From: an uncultured Verrucomicrobiae bacterium
GTDB lineage: Bacteria > Verrucomicrobiota > Verrucomicrobiia > Limisphaerales > Palsa-1400
Assembly: GCA_963707025.1 (NCBI GenBank)
Contig: CAVPOM010000004.1
Location: 704,001 to 768,000 of the forward strand
Length of the DNA stretch: 64,000 bases
Direction of reading: 5' to 3'
Each line of letters opens with the position of its first letter. Within the stretch, counting starts at the first letter, position 1. Under the pieces are notes generated by a model, which worked only from the letters and a program-made list of their open reading frames with translations, had not been told where the DNA came from and searched no databases. The position numbers were made by a program, and so were the translations under genes. This document shows positions 10,652 to 20,537 of this stretch, in pieces.

Positions 10652-10687
10652 GCTTTTTAGCCCGTAAAAGCGCTTTAAATTACAATT

Positions 10688-12085
10688 ATGAACGAACCAT
10701 TCCGAAGCGAGAGCGATTCCATGGGGCCGATGCAAATCCCCGCCCGCGCCTATTACGGCGCGCAGACGGCGCGGGCGGTGGAGAATTTTCCCATCAGCAA
10801 CCTGCGTTTTCCACGCTCCTTCATCCACGCCCTGGGCTTGATCAAGAAGCACGCCGCGCTGACCAACCAGGAGTTGGGAGGACTCAAGCCGCCGCTGGCC
10901 GGCGCCATCGTCCAGGCCGCGCAGGAGGTGGCGGAGGGCAAGTGGGACGGGGAATTTGTGCTGGACATTTTTCAAACCGGCTCCGGCACCTCCACCAACA
11001 TGAACGCCAACGAGGTCATTGCCAACCGCGCCATGGAGTTGCTCGGCGGCAAACGGGGCGAGAAACTGGTTCACCCCAACGACCACGTCAACCGCGGCCA
11101 ATCCAGCAACGACGTCATTCCCACCGCCATCCACCTGGCCGCGCTGGAGGCGATGGAACGGCGGCTGCTGCCGGCGCTGGCCGGATTGCAGGAGGCGCTG
11201 CAACGGAAGGCGGAGGAATTTCACGACGTGCTCAAAATCGGCCGCACCCATTTGCAGGACGCCACCCCCATCCGGCTCGGCCAGGAATTCGGCGGTTATG
11301 CCAGCCAGGTCCAGCATGGCCTGGCCCGCTTGCGCGCGGCGGAGAAAGATCTGGGCGAATTGGCCCTGGGCGGCACGGCGGTGGGCACCGGCATCAACAC
11401 CCATCCCGAATTTGCCCGCCGCACCATTGCCCGGCTGGCCGCCGAAATGAACCTGCCGCTGCGCGAGGCGGCGGACCATTTCGAGGCGCAAGGCGGACGC
11501 GACGCGGTGGTGGAAGCCAGCGGCATGCTCAAGACGGTGGCCGTGAGCCTGATCAAGATCGCCAACGATATCCGGCTCCTCGGCTCCGGTCCGCGCCTGG
11601 GCTTGGGCGAATTAAAATTGCCCGCCACCCAGCCCGGTTCCTCCATCATGCCCGGCAAGGTCAATCCGGTGATGTGCGAGATGGTCCTGCAAGTTTGCGC
11701 GCAAGTGCTGGGCAACGACGCCGCCATCACGTTCAGCGGCAGTTTTGGCAACTTTGAGCTCAACGTCATGCTGCCGGTCATGGCCCATAATCTTTTGCAG
11801 TCCATCGAACTGCTGGCCGCGGCGGCCGAAGTTTTTGCGCGGCGTTGCGTGGCGGGGCTGGAAGTGGACCGCGACAAATGCCGCAACAACCTGGAATTGA
11901 GCCTTTCCAACTGCACCGTTCTGGCGCCGGTCATCGGCTATGACAAGGCGGCGAAAATTGCCAAGGTCGCTTTTGAAACCAATCGCACCGTCCGCCAGGT
12001 CGCCTTGGAAATCTCCGGCCTGGACCCGGCCCGCCTGGAGGAGTTGCTGGACCCGGCCAAACAAACCGCCCCCGGCGGCGAATGA
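10688..12085 (+). CDS. fumC: Class II fumarate hydratase
   Basis: QTGSGTSTNMNANEV, HPNDHVN, GRTHLQDATP, GSSIMPGKVNP. Confidence 0.97.
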   Translation: MNEPFRSESDSMGPMQIPARAYYGAQTARAVENFPISNLRFPRSFIHALGLIKKHAALTNQELGGLKPPLAGAIVQAAQEVAEGKWDGEFVLDIFQTGSGTSTNMNANEVIANRAMELLGGKRGEKLVHPNDHVNRGQSSNDVIPTAIHLAALEAMERRLLPALAGLQEALQRKAEEFHDVLKIGRTHLQDATPIRLGQEFGGYASQVQHGLARLRAAEKDLGELALGGTAVGTGINTHPEFARRTIARLAAEMNLPLREAADHFEAQGGRDAVVEASGMLKTVAVSLIKIANDIRLLGSGPRLGLGELKLPATQPGSSIMPGKVNPVMCEMVLQVCAQVLGNDAAITFSGSFGNFELNVMLPVMAHNLLQSIELLAAAAEVFARRCVAGLEVDRDKCRNNLELSLSNCTVLAPVIGYDKAAKIAKVAFETNRTVRQVALEISGLDPARLEELLDPAKQTAPGGE

Positions 12086-12918
12086 AAACCGGCCGGCAAA
12101 AAAAGGCCCTGGCCTGCGCGGTCCGGGCGGCGCGGCAGGCCGGCGCCTTGATGCGCCGCAATCAATTAGTCAAGAAGAAAATAAACTCCCAGTCCCGCTA
12201 CGACATCAAGCTGGACCTGGATGTGCGCTGCCAAAAAATCATCCAGGCCATTTTGCTGGGCGCTTTTCCCGGCTCGGGGCTGCTGGGCGAGGAGGGCCTG
12301 GCCGGGGTGGCGGAGGCGGCGCTGCGCTGGGTGGTGGATCCGATTGACGGCACGGTCAACTTCACTTATGGCGTCCCTCATGCCTGCGTCTCCATCGCGC
12401 TGCAAGAGCGCGACGGGAGGGCAGGGGACTACGAGACGATCATCGGGGTGGTCTATGATCCGTTTTGCGACGAACTTTACACGGCGGCGCGCGGCGCTGC
12501 GGCGCGACTCAACGGCCGGATCATCCATGTCAGCGCGAGAAAAAAATTGGCGGCGGCCATCGTGGCCATCGGTTTTTCCAAGGACGCGGCGAGTTTGCGG
12601 GAAAACCTGCCGGTCTTCAACGCCCTGGTGCGGCGCGTGCTCAAAATGCGCATGACCGGTTCGGCGGCGCTTTCCCTGGCTTACGTGGCCAGCGGACGAT
12701 TCGACGCTTATGTGGAATCCGGCGTGCGGATCTGGGACATCGCGGCGGCGGGTTTTATTCTGGAGCGGGCCGGCGGCGACTTCTGGCACAGACCCATTGC
12801 CGGCGATTACAAGTATGCCATGCTGGCGAACAATGGGTTGCTGCGCAGCAAAGTGGAGCGCGTGGCGCGCGAGGCCAGGCGCTCAGCAGCGAGGATGGAA
12901 GATGGCGTGGGGAAATGA
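12082..12918 (+). CDS. suhB: Inositol monophosphatase family protein
   Basis: LGEE, WVVDPIDGTVNF, GSAALSLAYVASGRFD, WDIAA. Confidence 0.9.
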   Translation: MKTGRQKKALACAVRAARQAGALMRRNQLVKKKINSQSRYDIKLDLDVRCQKIIQAILLGAFPGSGLLGEEGLAGVAEAALRWVVDPIDGTVNFTYGVPHACVSIALQERDGRAGDYETIIGVVYDPFCDELYTAARGAAARLNGRIIHVSARKKLAAAIVAIGFSKDAASLRENLPVFNALVRRVLKMRMTGSAALSLAYVASGRFDAYVESGVRIWDIAAAGFILERAGGDFWHRPIAGDYKYAMLANNGLLRSKVERVAREARRSAARMEDGVGK

Positions 12919-12954
12919 GCACATCTGGGATCAGCCGCCCGCGGATGTTTGGTT

Positions 12955-14505
12955 TCAGGATTTCGGCTCTTCCCCGGCATTGCCTTCGCCTCTTGGCTTG
13001 CTGCTTGTCGGCGCGTCTAACTGCTCGAACAGCGGCTTGGCCTTCTCCCAAACCACCGTGGGGACCTTCTCCTCTTGCGCCAGGGTGTCAACGTCGCCAT
13101 CGAACAGCGATTGCCCATCCTTGTCGCGCGCCGTCAGGTGTTTTTTTGCCCCTGCCTCAATGATTAACGTGCCGTTCTCGTCGCTTTGGACAATCGTTCG
13201 GTTTGAATTGCGCTTGTTGCGGACGATGACGGTGGCGTCCTTGTCCACAGCAACGCCGTCGCGCGCCAGGTCCTTCAGTTCACGGCCAACCACGGTCAGG
13301 GTTTTTCCGTCGCTGGACGCCTGGCGCACCGCGTCCTGGATCGCTTTGCTGGTCTGATCCATGGTGCGTTGGATTTCGTAATTCACCTTGGCTTTGTCCA
13401 GACCGGCGCGCGCCAGGGAATCACCCACGAAGCGCAATTGGCCGCTCAGGCGGTTAACCTGGTACTGAAGGATTGGCAGATCGCCTAACAGCGGTCCGTC
13501 TTCCCTGTCAGACGCCCGGTCTGAAGTCGTCTTTCCCAGTTTGACGGCGGCGGTCTGCTTCTTGCCGCCCCGGTAAAAGGTCAGATTGATCGTGTCGCCC
13601 TCCGCGCGCATTTGCACCAATTTGCGCAACTGCATCGGGTGGACGAGCATCTGGCCGTCCAGCTCGACCAAAACATCGTTCGTGTGAAAATCAGCCTTCT
13701 CCGCCGGGCTGTCCGGCGCGATGAAGTTGACCGTCAATCCCTCCCCTGGCTTCAGGCCCAATTGTGAGGACAACGCCTCGTCCTCGGAGGATTCTCCGAA
13801 CGACAACCCCAGCCACGCGACTTCCTTGGCCTGCTTATTTTTGGCAACCCCGGGATAGAATGTAGAGTTCAAGCTTCCATCAGGGTTAAGCCGGGCAATC
13901 TGGGAAGCCCGCTGGAACCAAATGTTTTGCCCGAAGCTCGGCAATGTTCCTTCTTCCTGGTCAGACGCCTGGTCCGAAGTTGTCTTTCCCAGTTTGACGG
14001 AGGCGGTTTGCCTCTCGCCACCGCGGTAGAAGGTCAGTTTAATCGTGTCGCCCACCGCGTGCATTTGCACCAATTTGCGCAACTGCTGCGGGTGGACCAG
14101 CATCTGGCCGTCCAGTTCCACCAGAACATCGTTTGTGTGAAAATCAGCCTTCGCCGCCGGACTTTCCGGCGCGAGGGAGTTGACCGTCAATCCTTCCCCT
14201 GCCTTCAGGCCTAATTGTGAGGACAAGGCCTCGTCCTCGGAGGACTCCTCGACCTTCAATCCCAGCCAGGCGACTTCCTTGGCCGGCCTTTTTTTGGCAT
14301 AAGGCGCGGCGGATTGGAAGCTGATTCGGGGCTGGGCTTTTGATGTGGCGGCCGCCGGCCGGTTATTGTCGGCGCTCTGCGCCTGGGCCGTCAACACCAC
14401 CGCGCGCTCATCCTGGGCCTGCGCCCGCGCCGGCAACCAGCCGGCCAACAAAACGCTGGAACCGATGGTGGCGATTACAACTGTGCTGCGAACAACATTT
14501 TTCAT
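12955..14505 (-). CDS. Secreted protein with two tandem PDZ domains and no protease domain
   Basis: Signal peptide from ATG 14505; two near-identical units AWLG...GLTV...SPAxKADFHTNDVLVELDGQ...LTFYRGG. Confidence 0.85.
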   Translation of the reverse strand: MKNVVRSTVVIATIGSSVLLAGWLPARAQAQDERAVVLTAQAQSADNNRPAAATSKAQPRISFQSAAPYAKKRPAKEVAWLGLKVEESSEDEALSSQLGLKAGEGLTVNSLAPESPAAKADFHTNDVLVELDGQMLVHPQQLRKLVQMHAVGDTIKLTFYRGGERQTASVKLGKTTSDQASDQEEGTLPSFGQNIWFQRASQIARLNPDGSLNSTFYPGVAKNKQAKEVAWLGLSFGESSEDEALSSQLGLKPGEGLTVNFIAPDSPAEKADFHTNDVLVELDGQMLVHPMQLRKLVQMRAEGDTINLTFYRGGKKQTAAVKLGKTTSDRASDREDGPLLGDLPILQYQVNRLSGQLRFVGDSLARAGLDKAKVNYEIQRTMDQTSKAIQDAVRQASSDGKTLTVVGRELKDLARDGVAVDKDATVIVRNKRNSNRTIVQSDENGTLIIEAGAKKHLTARDKDGQSLFDGDVDTLAQEEKVPTVVWEKAKPLFEQLDAPTSSKPRGEGNAGEEPKS

Positions 14506-14539
14506 GATGATTGTCTCCGATTTCTGTTGGATGCTCTCG

Positions 14540-15025
14540 TCAATAGGTTTCAAAGCGCACCGGCACGACCTCAACTCGCGGGCGGTTTTGCTGAATTTCC
14601 ACCCCGTGGTTCTTGTCCGTCACGACCAGTTGATCCCGCCACTGCCGGCAGCGAAACCGCACCGGCTGTCCCCCCGGCAGGAGCGCGACCACGTCGAAGG
14701 ATGAAACCAACTCCTCATCCACCTGCACGTCGTCGGCCTTGAAACCCGCCGTTGCGCCCGGCGGCAGTTTTTTCGCGCTGCTGGCGAAGTTCGCCTGGAA
14801 GACGAGCCAGCCTGCCATCAGCATGGCCAGGGCCGTGACTGGCGCCAGCCAGCGCCACAACCCCGGCCAGCGGGGCTTCCCGACCGCCGCCTGGAGGAGT
14901 GTCCGCCGCGCCGGCTCCGTTGCGGGCTTGGCCGCTCGCAATCGCGCCATAAAATGCTCTGGCAACGGCGCGGGTGATACACCCCTTAATTCGGTCTCGA
15001 ACCGGTCCAATTCATGTTCGTTCAC
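14540..15025 (-). CDS. Putative single-TM anti-sigma factor
   Basis: GTG start with GGAGG RBS overlapping the sigma stop (GTGA); ELDRFETELR...PAP N-terminus and one TM helix. Confidence 0.65.
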   Translation of the reverse strand: MNEHELDRFETELRGVSPAPLPEHFMARLRAAKPATEPARRTLLQAAVGKPRWPGLWRWLAPVTALAMLMAGWLVFQANFASSAKKLPPGATAGFKADDVQVDEELVSSFDVVALLPGGQPVRFRCRQWRDQLVVTDKNHGVEIQQNRPRVEVVPVRFETY

Positions 15026-15540
15026 GCGACAACCTCCTTCGTCCACTTGCGCAGTTCGAGCAAGCCGTAACGATAGCGCGAGGCCGCCGTATTGGCCGGA
15101 ATGTCGAGTGCTTTGGCAATCTCAGCAAAGGTCAGCCCGCCCCAGACTTTGAGCGTCACGACGTCGCGATAGATTTCCGGCAAATGGCTCATGGCTTTTT
15201 GGATTAACAGGTTGCGCTCCCGTTCGTCCAGGCCGCCATCAAACCAGCAGGATGGGTTGTCCAGATGCGCCGCCACTTCGCGCTCCTGCCGACGCTCATC
15301 CCGGCGCGCCCGATCAATCGCCCGGTGACGAATGGTGGCATACACCAAGCCCAGAGGCGGCGGCGCGCCGTCATGTTGGCGCCGCCATGACTCCACGACC
15401 GCCTCCTGCACCAGGTCCTGGGCGTCGGCTTCGCAACTGATTTGTTGCCGGGCGAAGAGCAACAGCGCGGGCGCATGCCGCGCCAGCCATTGCTCCCACT
15501 CTGAGTCTCCGGGCCATTCATGTTTAGAACCGCTCTTCAC
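15022..15540 (-). CDS. ECF-type RNA polymerase sigma-70 factor
   Basis: Region 2 DAQDLVQEA; region 4 LPEIYRDVVTLKVWGGLTFAEIA...NTAASRYRYG. Confidence 0.93.
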   Translation of the reverse strand: MKSGSKHEWPGDSEWEQWLARHAPALLLFARQQISCEADAQDLVQEAVVESWRRQHDGAPPPLGLVYATIRHRAIDRARRDERRQEREVAAHLDNPSCWFDGGLDERERNLLIQKAMSHLPEIYRDVVTLKVWGGLTFAEIAKALDIPANTAASRYRYGLLELRKWTKEVVA

Positions 15541-15736
15541 GCGATTTCACCTGTGCAAGCGTCGCCGCCGGTCATTTTTGTCTAAAATTATTTAAATTCG
15601 CAAGTGCCAGGCCAACCACGCCTGTGTTTCCGCAACCGGATGAGCTGGACGATGGAAGAGAAATGAAGAATTTGACAACATCGCGCCAGTGCTTTTGTCA
15701 GCGTCCGTCCCTTCTTCTGCCTCCTCCATCCCCGCC

Positions 15737-16591
15737 CTATTTTCCCGCCGGCGGATTGAGCTTGATGCTCACGGTGACCGGAGTGTTGGTGGGGGGCAGG
15801 CTGTTGGTATTGGCCAGCCAGATGGTGTCGTTGTCGTGGCCGCTGCCTTCATTGTTGATGAGGGCTTCGGCGTCGGTCACCAGGGAAACGACCGAGCCGT
15901 CAATTTCCGCCAGGAACAGCCCCTCCATCACGCGGGAACCGGTATAGACCCAGTCGCCCGCGCGCATGGCCGAGTTTTGTTCGGTGTTGAAAATCATTTC
16001 CTCGGCCCGCTTGCGCGTCTCTTTTCCGTCCACCGTCCACTTTAGCTCGATGGCCACCGCTTCCCCCGGCAGACGCTCCTTGGAGGGATGGGAAACAAAT
16101 CCTCCCACGCTGACGGGCGGGCCGTTGCTCGCGGTGGTGGGACTGCCGGCCTTGGCGTCCAGCAAGAGCATGGCCAGGTGGATGCGAAACGGCTCGGTGT
16201 CGGTCTTGAGGATGCTCTCGTGCGTCTTGCCCCAACTGGTGACCAGGAAATATTCCATCGGGCCTTGATCCAGATTCAAGCGGGCCGGGAAACTGACGGT
16301 GCGCTGGCCCTTGTCAATGCGCACATCGCCCAATTCAAAAATGCCGGGACTGATTTCGCGGATGGGCATGTTGGATTTCACCTCGGGAGAGGAGAGGTCG
16401 GGCGGCAGCAGGGCGCGCTCGAACGGATCAAAGGCCGCGCCGTCGCCGCGGGCGGGCGGGGTCGTGTTGGTGGCGGGCGCGGTGTTGGTCGCCGGCTGTT
16501 GTCCGCGCGAGACAAGGCAGGCCAGCGTCAGCGCGACCGCCAGCGCCAACACCGGCAAAACTTTTGACCCGCTGGAATGTGCCCTCGCCAT
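15737..16591 (-). CDS. YdjY-domain secreted protein (start approximate)
   Basis: Signal peptide; MEYFLV...GKTHESIL...HLAMLLL, WVYTGS, DGSVVSL. Confidence 0.75.
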   Translation of the reverse strand: MARAHSSGSKVLPVLALAVALTLACLVSRGQQPATNTAPATNTTPPARGDGAAFDPFERALLPPDLSSPEVKSNMPIREISPGIFELGDVRIDKGQRTVSFPARLNLDQGPMEYFLVTSWGKTHESILKTDTEPFRIHLAMLLLDAKAGSPTTASNGPPVSVGGFVSHPSKERLPGEAVAIELKWTVDGKETRKRAEEMIFNTEQNSAMRAGDWVYTGSRVMEGLFLAEIDGSVVSLVTDAEALINNEGSGHDNDTIWLANTNSLPPTNTPVTVSIKLNPPAGK

Positions 16592-16853
16592 GCCGCGCAT
16601 CAAACCACGTTTCCAACCCATGTCAACCCAGGAGCTAATGCCACAGTCATGGCTGGAAGGGCGGGTCCCGAAATATCGGGACCCGCCCTGCCTTTCCCGG
16701 ACCAGCCATGAGTGACCTATCGAAGGTCCGTTTCGGCAGGGCACTTGCTTACAGGAATAATATAGATGACTTTGCCGGGAGCCGGAGTAGAATCGGCGCA
16801 TCGGCGGTGCTTTAAAATGACCACAGTGCGCAAAATGTGACCGGGGGCGGGCC

Positions 16854-18290
16854 ATGCTGCAGAATTACAAAAATGACGGCTGCTTCGATGAGATGCTCGA
16901 TGGCGCGGGCGCGACGCGGGCGCATTACCAGAAGTTCCGCCGGTTGTTGGAGGAGATTCCACCGGATGATTTCCGCCAGCGGCGCCAATCGGTGGACTTG
17001 TCGTTTCTGCGGCAGGGCATCACCTTCAATGTCTATGGCGACGAAAAAGGGGCGGAAAAGATTTTCCCCTTCGACCTGATCCCGCGCATCATTCCCGCCA
17101 GCGAATGGGAGTTCCTCGAACGCGGGCTGACCCAGCGCATCACGGCGCTGAACCTGTTTTTGCACGATATTTATCACGAGCAAAAAATCGTCAAGGACGG
17201 CGTCATCCCGCCCTACTACGTTTTGTCGGGGAAACATTTCCGGCGCGAGTTTGTCAACTTCAAGGTCCCGCGCGATATTTACATTCATATCTGCGGGACG
17301 GATCTGATTCGCGGCGGCCAGGGGGAATGGCTGGTGCTGGAGGACAACGGGCGCTGCCCGTCCGGCGTGAGCTATCTTCTGGAAAACCGCCGCGCCATGA
17401 AGCGCAGTTTCCCGGGGATGTTCCAGTCCATCGGGGTGCGGCCGGTGGAACATTATCCGCAGGAATTGCTCAAGATGCTGCAATACATCGCCCCCGGCGG
17501 CGTGGCCGACCCCACCGTGGTGCTGCTCACGCCCGGCGCCTGCAACTCGGCCTATTTCGAGCACACTTACCTGGCCCGCCAGATGGGCATCGCGATTGTG
17601 GAAGGCCGCGATTTGATGGTCAAGGACGACAGCGTTTTTATGCGCACCACCAAGGGCCTGCAGCAGGTCCATGTCATTTACCGGCGGATTGACGACGATT
17701 TTCTGGACCCGACCGTTTTCCGGCGCGACTCGGTGCTGGGGGCGCCGGGCATCATCCGGGCCTTCCGCCAGGGCAATGTTTCCCTGGCCAATTCCGTCGG
17801 CACGGGCATCGCCGACGACAAGGTGATGTATTATTTCGTGCCGCGCATCATCAAGTATTACCTGGATCAGGACCCGGTCATCCCCAACGTGGCGACCTGG
17901 CTGGCGAGCGAGGAGGCCGACCGCAAATATATTCTGGAAAACTTGGAAAATCTGGTGGTCAAGGCCGCCAACGAAAGCGGCGGTTACGGCATGCTGATGG
18001 GACCCAAAGCGACCCGGGAGGAAATCGCCGGATTCCGCGGGCGCATCGCGGCCGACCCGCGCAATTACATCGCCCAGCCGATGATCATCCTCTCGCAACA
18101 TCCGACCGAAGTGGCGGGCCATTTCGAGGGCCGGCACATTGACTTGCGCCCCTACATTATTTACGGGGAAAAGATCACCATCGTGCCCAGCGGCCTGACG
18201 CGCGTGGCCTTGCGCAAAGGCTCCCTCGTGGTCAACTCCTCCCAGGGCGGCGGCAGCAAGGACACCTGGGTGCTCTACGGCGATGAATGA
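16854..18290 (+). CDS. Circularly permuted type 2 ATP-grasp protein
   Basis: [60 protein letters not shown]. Confidence 0.95.
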   Translation: MLQNYKNDGCFDEMLDGAGATRAHYQKFRRLLEEIPPDDFRQRRQSVDLSFLRQGITFNVYGDEKGAEKIFPFDLIPRIIPASEWEFLERGLTQRITALNLFLHDIYHEQKIVKDGVIPPYYVLSGKHFRREFVNFKVPRDIYIHICGTDLIRGGQGEWLVLEDNGRCPSGVSYLLENRRAMKRSFPGMFQSIGVRPVEHYPQELLKMLQYIAPGGVADPTVVLLTPGACNSAYFEHTYLARQMGIAIVEGRDLMVKDDSVFMRTTKGLQQVHVIYRRIDDDFLDPTVFRRDSVLGAPGIIRAFRQGNVSLANSVGTGIADDKVMYYFVPRIIKYYLDQDPVIPNVATWLASEEADRKYILENLENLVVKAANESGGYGMLMGPKATREEIAGFRGRIAADPRNYIAQPMIILSQHPTEVAGHFEGRHIDLRPYIIYGEKITIVPSGLTRVALRKGSLVVNSSQGGGSKDTWVLYGDE

Positions 18291-18340
18291 AACTGGAAAA
18301 TGGCTCCTGACCAAATCCGCATGACGAAGTTTTCTCCCCC

Positions 18341-19399
18341 ATGTTGAGCCGCGTCGCCAATTCGCTTTACTGGATGTCGCGTTACATCGAGCGCGCGGAA
18401 AACACCGCGCGCCTGGTGGACACCAGCCTGCAACTGCTGCTGGACATGCGCAATCTGAACGAGGAACACGTCGCCAAACAGTGGCTGCCCATTGTCCAGG
18501 CGGCCGGCGACGAGGAGGCCTTTTCCAAGCTTCATCCCAAGGCGACCGGCGCGGCCGTGACTGAATTCCTGGTGTTCCAGGCGCAAAACCCAAACTCCAT
18601 TGTGCAGTGTATCAGCGAGGCGCGGGAAAACGCGCGGATGGCGCGCGATCAAATCACCATTGAATTGTGGGAGGAGTTGAACCGGCTTTATCTGTTTGTC
18701 AAATCGCCCGAGGCGCGCCAGGTTTGGCGGCAAAGCCCGAGCGACTTCTTTTCGGAGATCAAGGCCGCCTCCATGCACCTGACGGGCATCGCCTACGCCA
18801 CCCTCATCCACAATGAAGGCTGGTGGTTCACCCAGGCCGGGCGCTTCCTGGAACGGGCCGACAAGACTTCGCGCATCCTGGACGTGCGCCATCAAAGCCT
18901 GCCCGCCAGCGGAGTGCCCGGGGCCATCAGCCAGAACGAGGCGCTGGAGTGGTCGGCCATCCTGCGTTCCTGCAGCGCCTGGGACGCCTATAAATCCATC
19001 AACGGGGCGGACGTTCACCCGGTGCGGGTGACCGAATTCCTGGTGCTGAGCGAGGATTTCCCGCGCTCCATCCGCTTCTGCGCCGCGCAATTAAACACGG
19101 CCCTGCGCAAGATTTCGGGCGTGGCCGAGGGCCGCTTCGTCAACGACGCCGAACGCCACGCCGGGCGGTTGCTGGCGGAATTGCAATTCAGCACGGTGGA
19201 GGAAATCTTCGAGCGGGGCTTGCACGGTTGCATGGACGATCTCCAGATCAAGCTCAACCGCATCGGCGCCGCGCTCTTCGAGGCCTACTTCTTTCTTTCG
19301 TTCGCGGCGCAGGGCGCGGCAGATTTTGTCCAGCAGGAAGAACAACAGCAGCAAAGCGCGCCGGGCCATCTCCGCTGGAAAGCCGGGGAGTGTCCATGA
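18341..19399 (+). CDS. Alpha-E domain protein
   Basis: MLSRVANSLYWMSRYIERAENTAR, GRFLERAD, FPRS. Confidence 0.95.
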   Translation: MLSRVANSLYWMSRYIERAENTARLVDTSLQLLLDMRNLNEEHVAKQWLPIVQAAGDEEAFSKLHPKATGAAVTEFLVFQAQNPNSIVQCISEARENARMARDQITIELWEELNRLYLFVKSPEARQVWRQSPSDFFSEIKAASMHLTGIAYATLIHNEGWWFTQAGRFLERADKTSRILDVRHQSLPASGVPGAISQNEALEWSAILRSCSAWDAYKSINGADVHPVRVTEFLVLSEDFPRSIRFCAAQLNTALRKISGVAEGRFVNDAERHAGRLLAELQFSTVEEIFERGLHGCMDDLQIKLNRIGAALFEAYFFLSFAAQGAADFVQQEEQQQQSAPGHLRWKAGECP

Positions 19400-20229
19400 G
19401 GTGGGCCATCCGCCATCGCACGGCCTACCGCTATGCGGACGCGGTGCGCGAAAGTTTCAACGAGGCGCGCTTGCGCCCGTTCAACTCCCCGCGGCAGCGG
19501 CTGGAACATTTCGAGTTGACAGTCACGCCGCCGGCGCGGGCGAATCATTACACCGATTTTTACGGCAACTGGGTGGACCAATTCGACGTGGCCGAGCCGC
19601 ACACGACGCTGGAGTTGGAAACCCGCGCCCTGGTGACGACCTTCGCGCCGGACACGCTGGCGCCGGACGCGCGGCCGGCCACGCTGGCCGAGGCGCGCCA
19701 GGCGGGGCAAAGCGACCCCTGCCTGGATTTCGTGCAGGCCAGCCGTTTCACCGACACCGGGCCGGAAACCGGGCGGCTGGCGGCGGACGCGATGGCCGGA
19801 GAAACCGATGCCTGGCAGGCGGCGCTGGCGCTGGCGCGGTGGGTGCATGAGCGGATGGCCTACGAACCGCGGGCGACTCATGTTCACACCCATGCGCGCG
19901 AGGCGCTGGCCGCGGGACGCGGGGTGTGCCAGGACTTTTCCCATGTCCTCATCGGCCTGTGCCGCGCGGCGGCCATCCCGGCGCGGTATGTCAGCGGTTA
20001 TCTGGCGACTCAAAAGACCAGCGCGACCCACGCCTGGACGGAGGTGTTTATTCCCTCCATCGGCTGGGTGGGGCTTGATCCGACCCACAACCGGCAACCT
20101 GACGAAGCCTATGTGAAGATCGCGACGGGCCGCGACTACAACGATGTCCCCCCCTTGCGCGGCACCTACCGCGGCACGCAGGAGCGGACGATGGAAGTCC
20201 TCGTCGAAATCAGCGCGGCAAAGGAATAG
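19396..20229 (+). CDS. Transglutaminase family protein
   Basis: IRHRTAYRY N-terminus, GVCQDFSH, ARYVSGY, HAWTEV, GLDPT, GRDY; ATGA overlap with alpha-E stop. Confidence 0.93.
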   Translation: MRWAIRHRTAYRYADAVRESFNEARLRPFNSPRQRLEHFELTVTPPARANHYTDFYGNWVDQFDVAEPHTTLELETRALVTTFAPDTLAPDARPATLAEARQAGQSDPCLDFVQASRFTDTGPETGRLAADAMAGETDAWQAALALARWVHERMAYEPRATHVHTHAREALAAGRGVCQDFSHVLIGLCRAAAIPARYVSGYLATQKTSATHAWTEVFIPSIGWVGLDPTHNRQPDEAYVKIATGRDYNDVPPLRGTYRGTQERTMEVLVEISAAKE

Positions 20230-20333
20230 TGAATGGTGAGTTTTGAATAGTGAATGTGCAGAGGCAAGAGTGGAGGATGGAAGATGGGTTTAAACGCAAA
20301 GTCGCGAAGGCGCAACGGCGCAAAGCTTAGATC

Positions 20334-20364
20334 CCCTCTCCTGGAGGAGAGGGCCAGGGTGAGG
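20334..20364 (+). repeat. REP-like palindrome CCCTCTCC-TGGA-GGAGAGGG-CCAGGGTGAGG within an intergenic cluster of short repeats
   Basis: Hairpin read directly; neighbouring short repeats (GAATAGTGAAT; CGCAAAG/CGCGAAG). Confidence 0.5.
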
Positions 20365-20537
20365 ACGAGCCACCTCCACTCCATCCTTTCTCTTTGCAGT
20401 GCTATTATCGTGAAGGGGTCGGGGAAAGGCTCGGTCCTGGGAAAATGACACTTTCAACGGAGACGGATCCGCGGTCAGCCACAGGTGTTGATGCTCGGAA
20501 GCAGAGGCCCCAATCCCCTCACGTCCGCCATTCGCTG

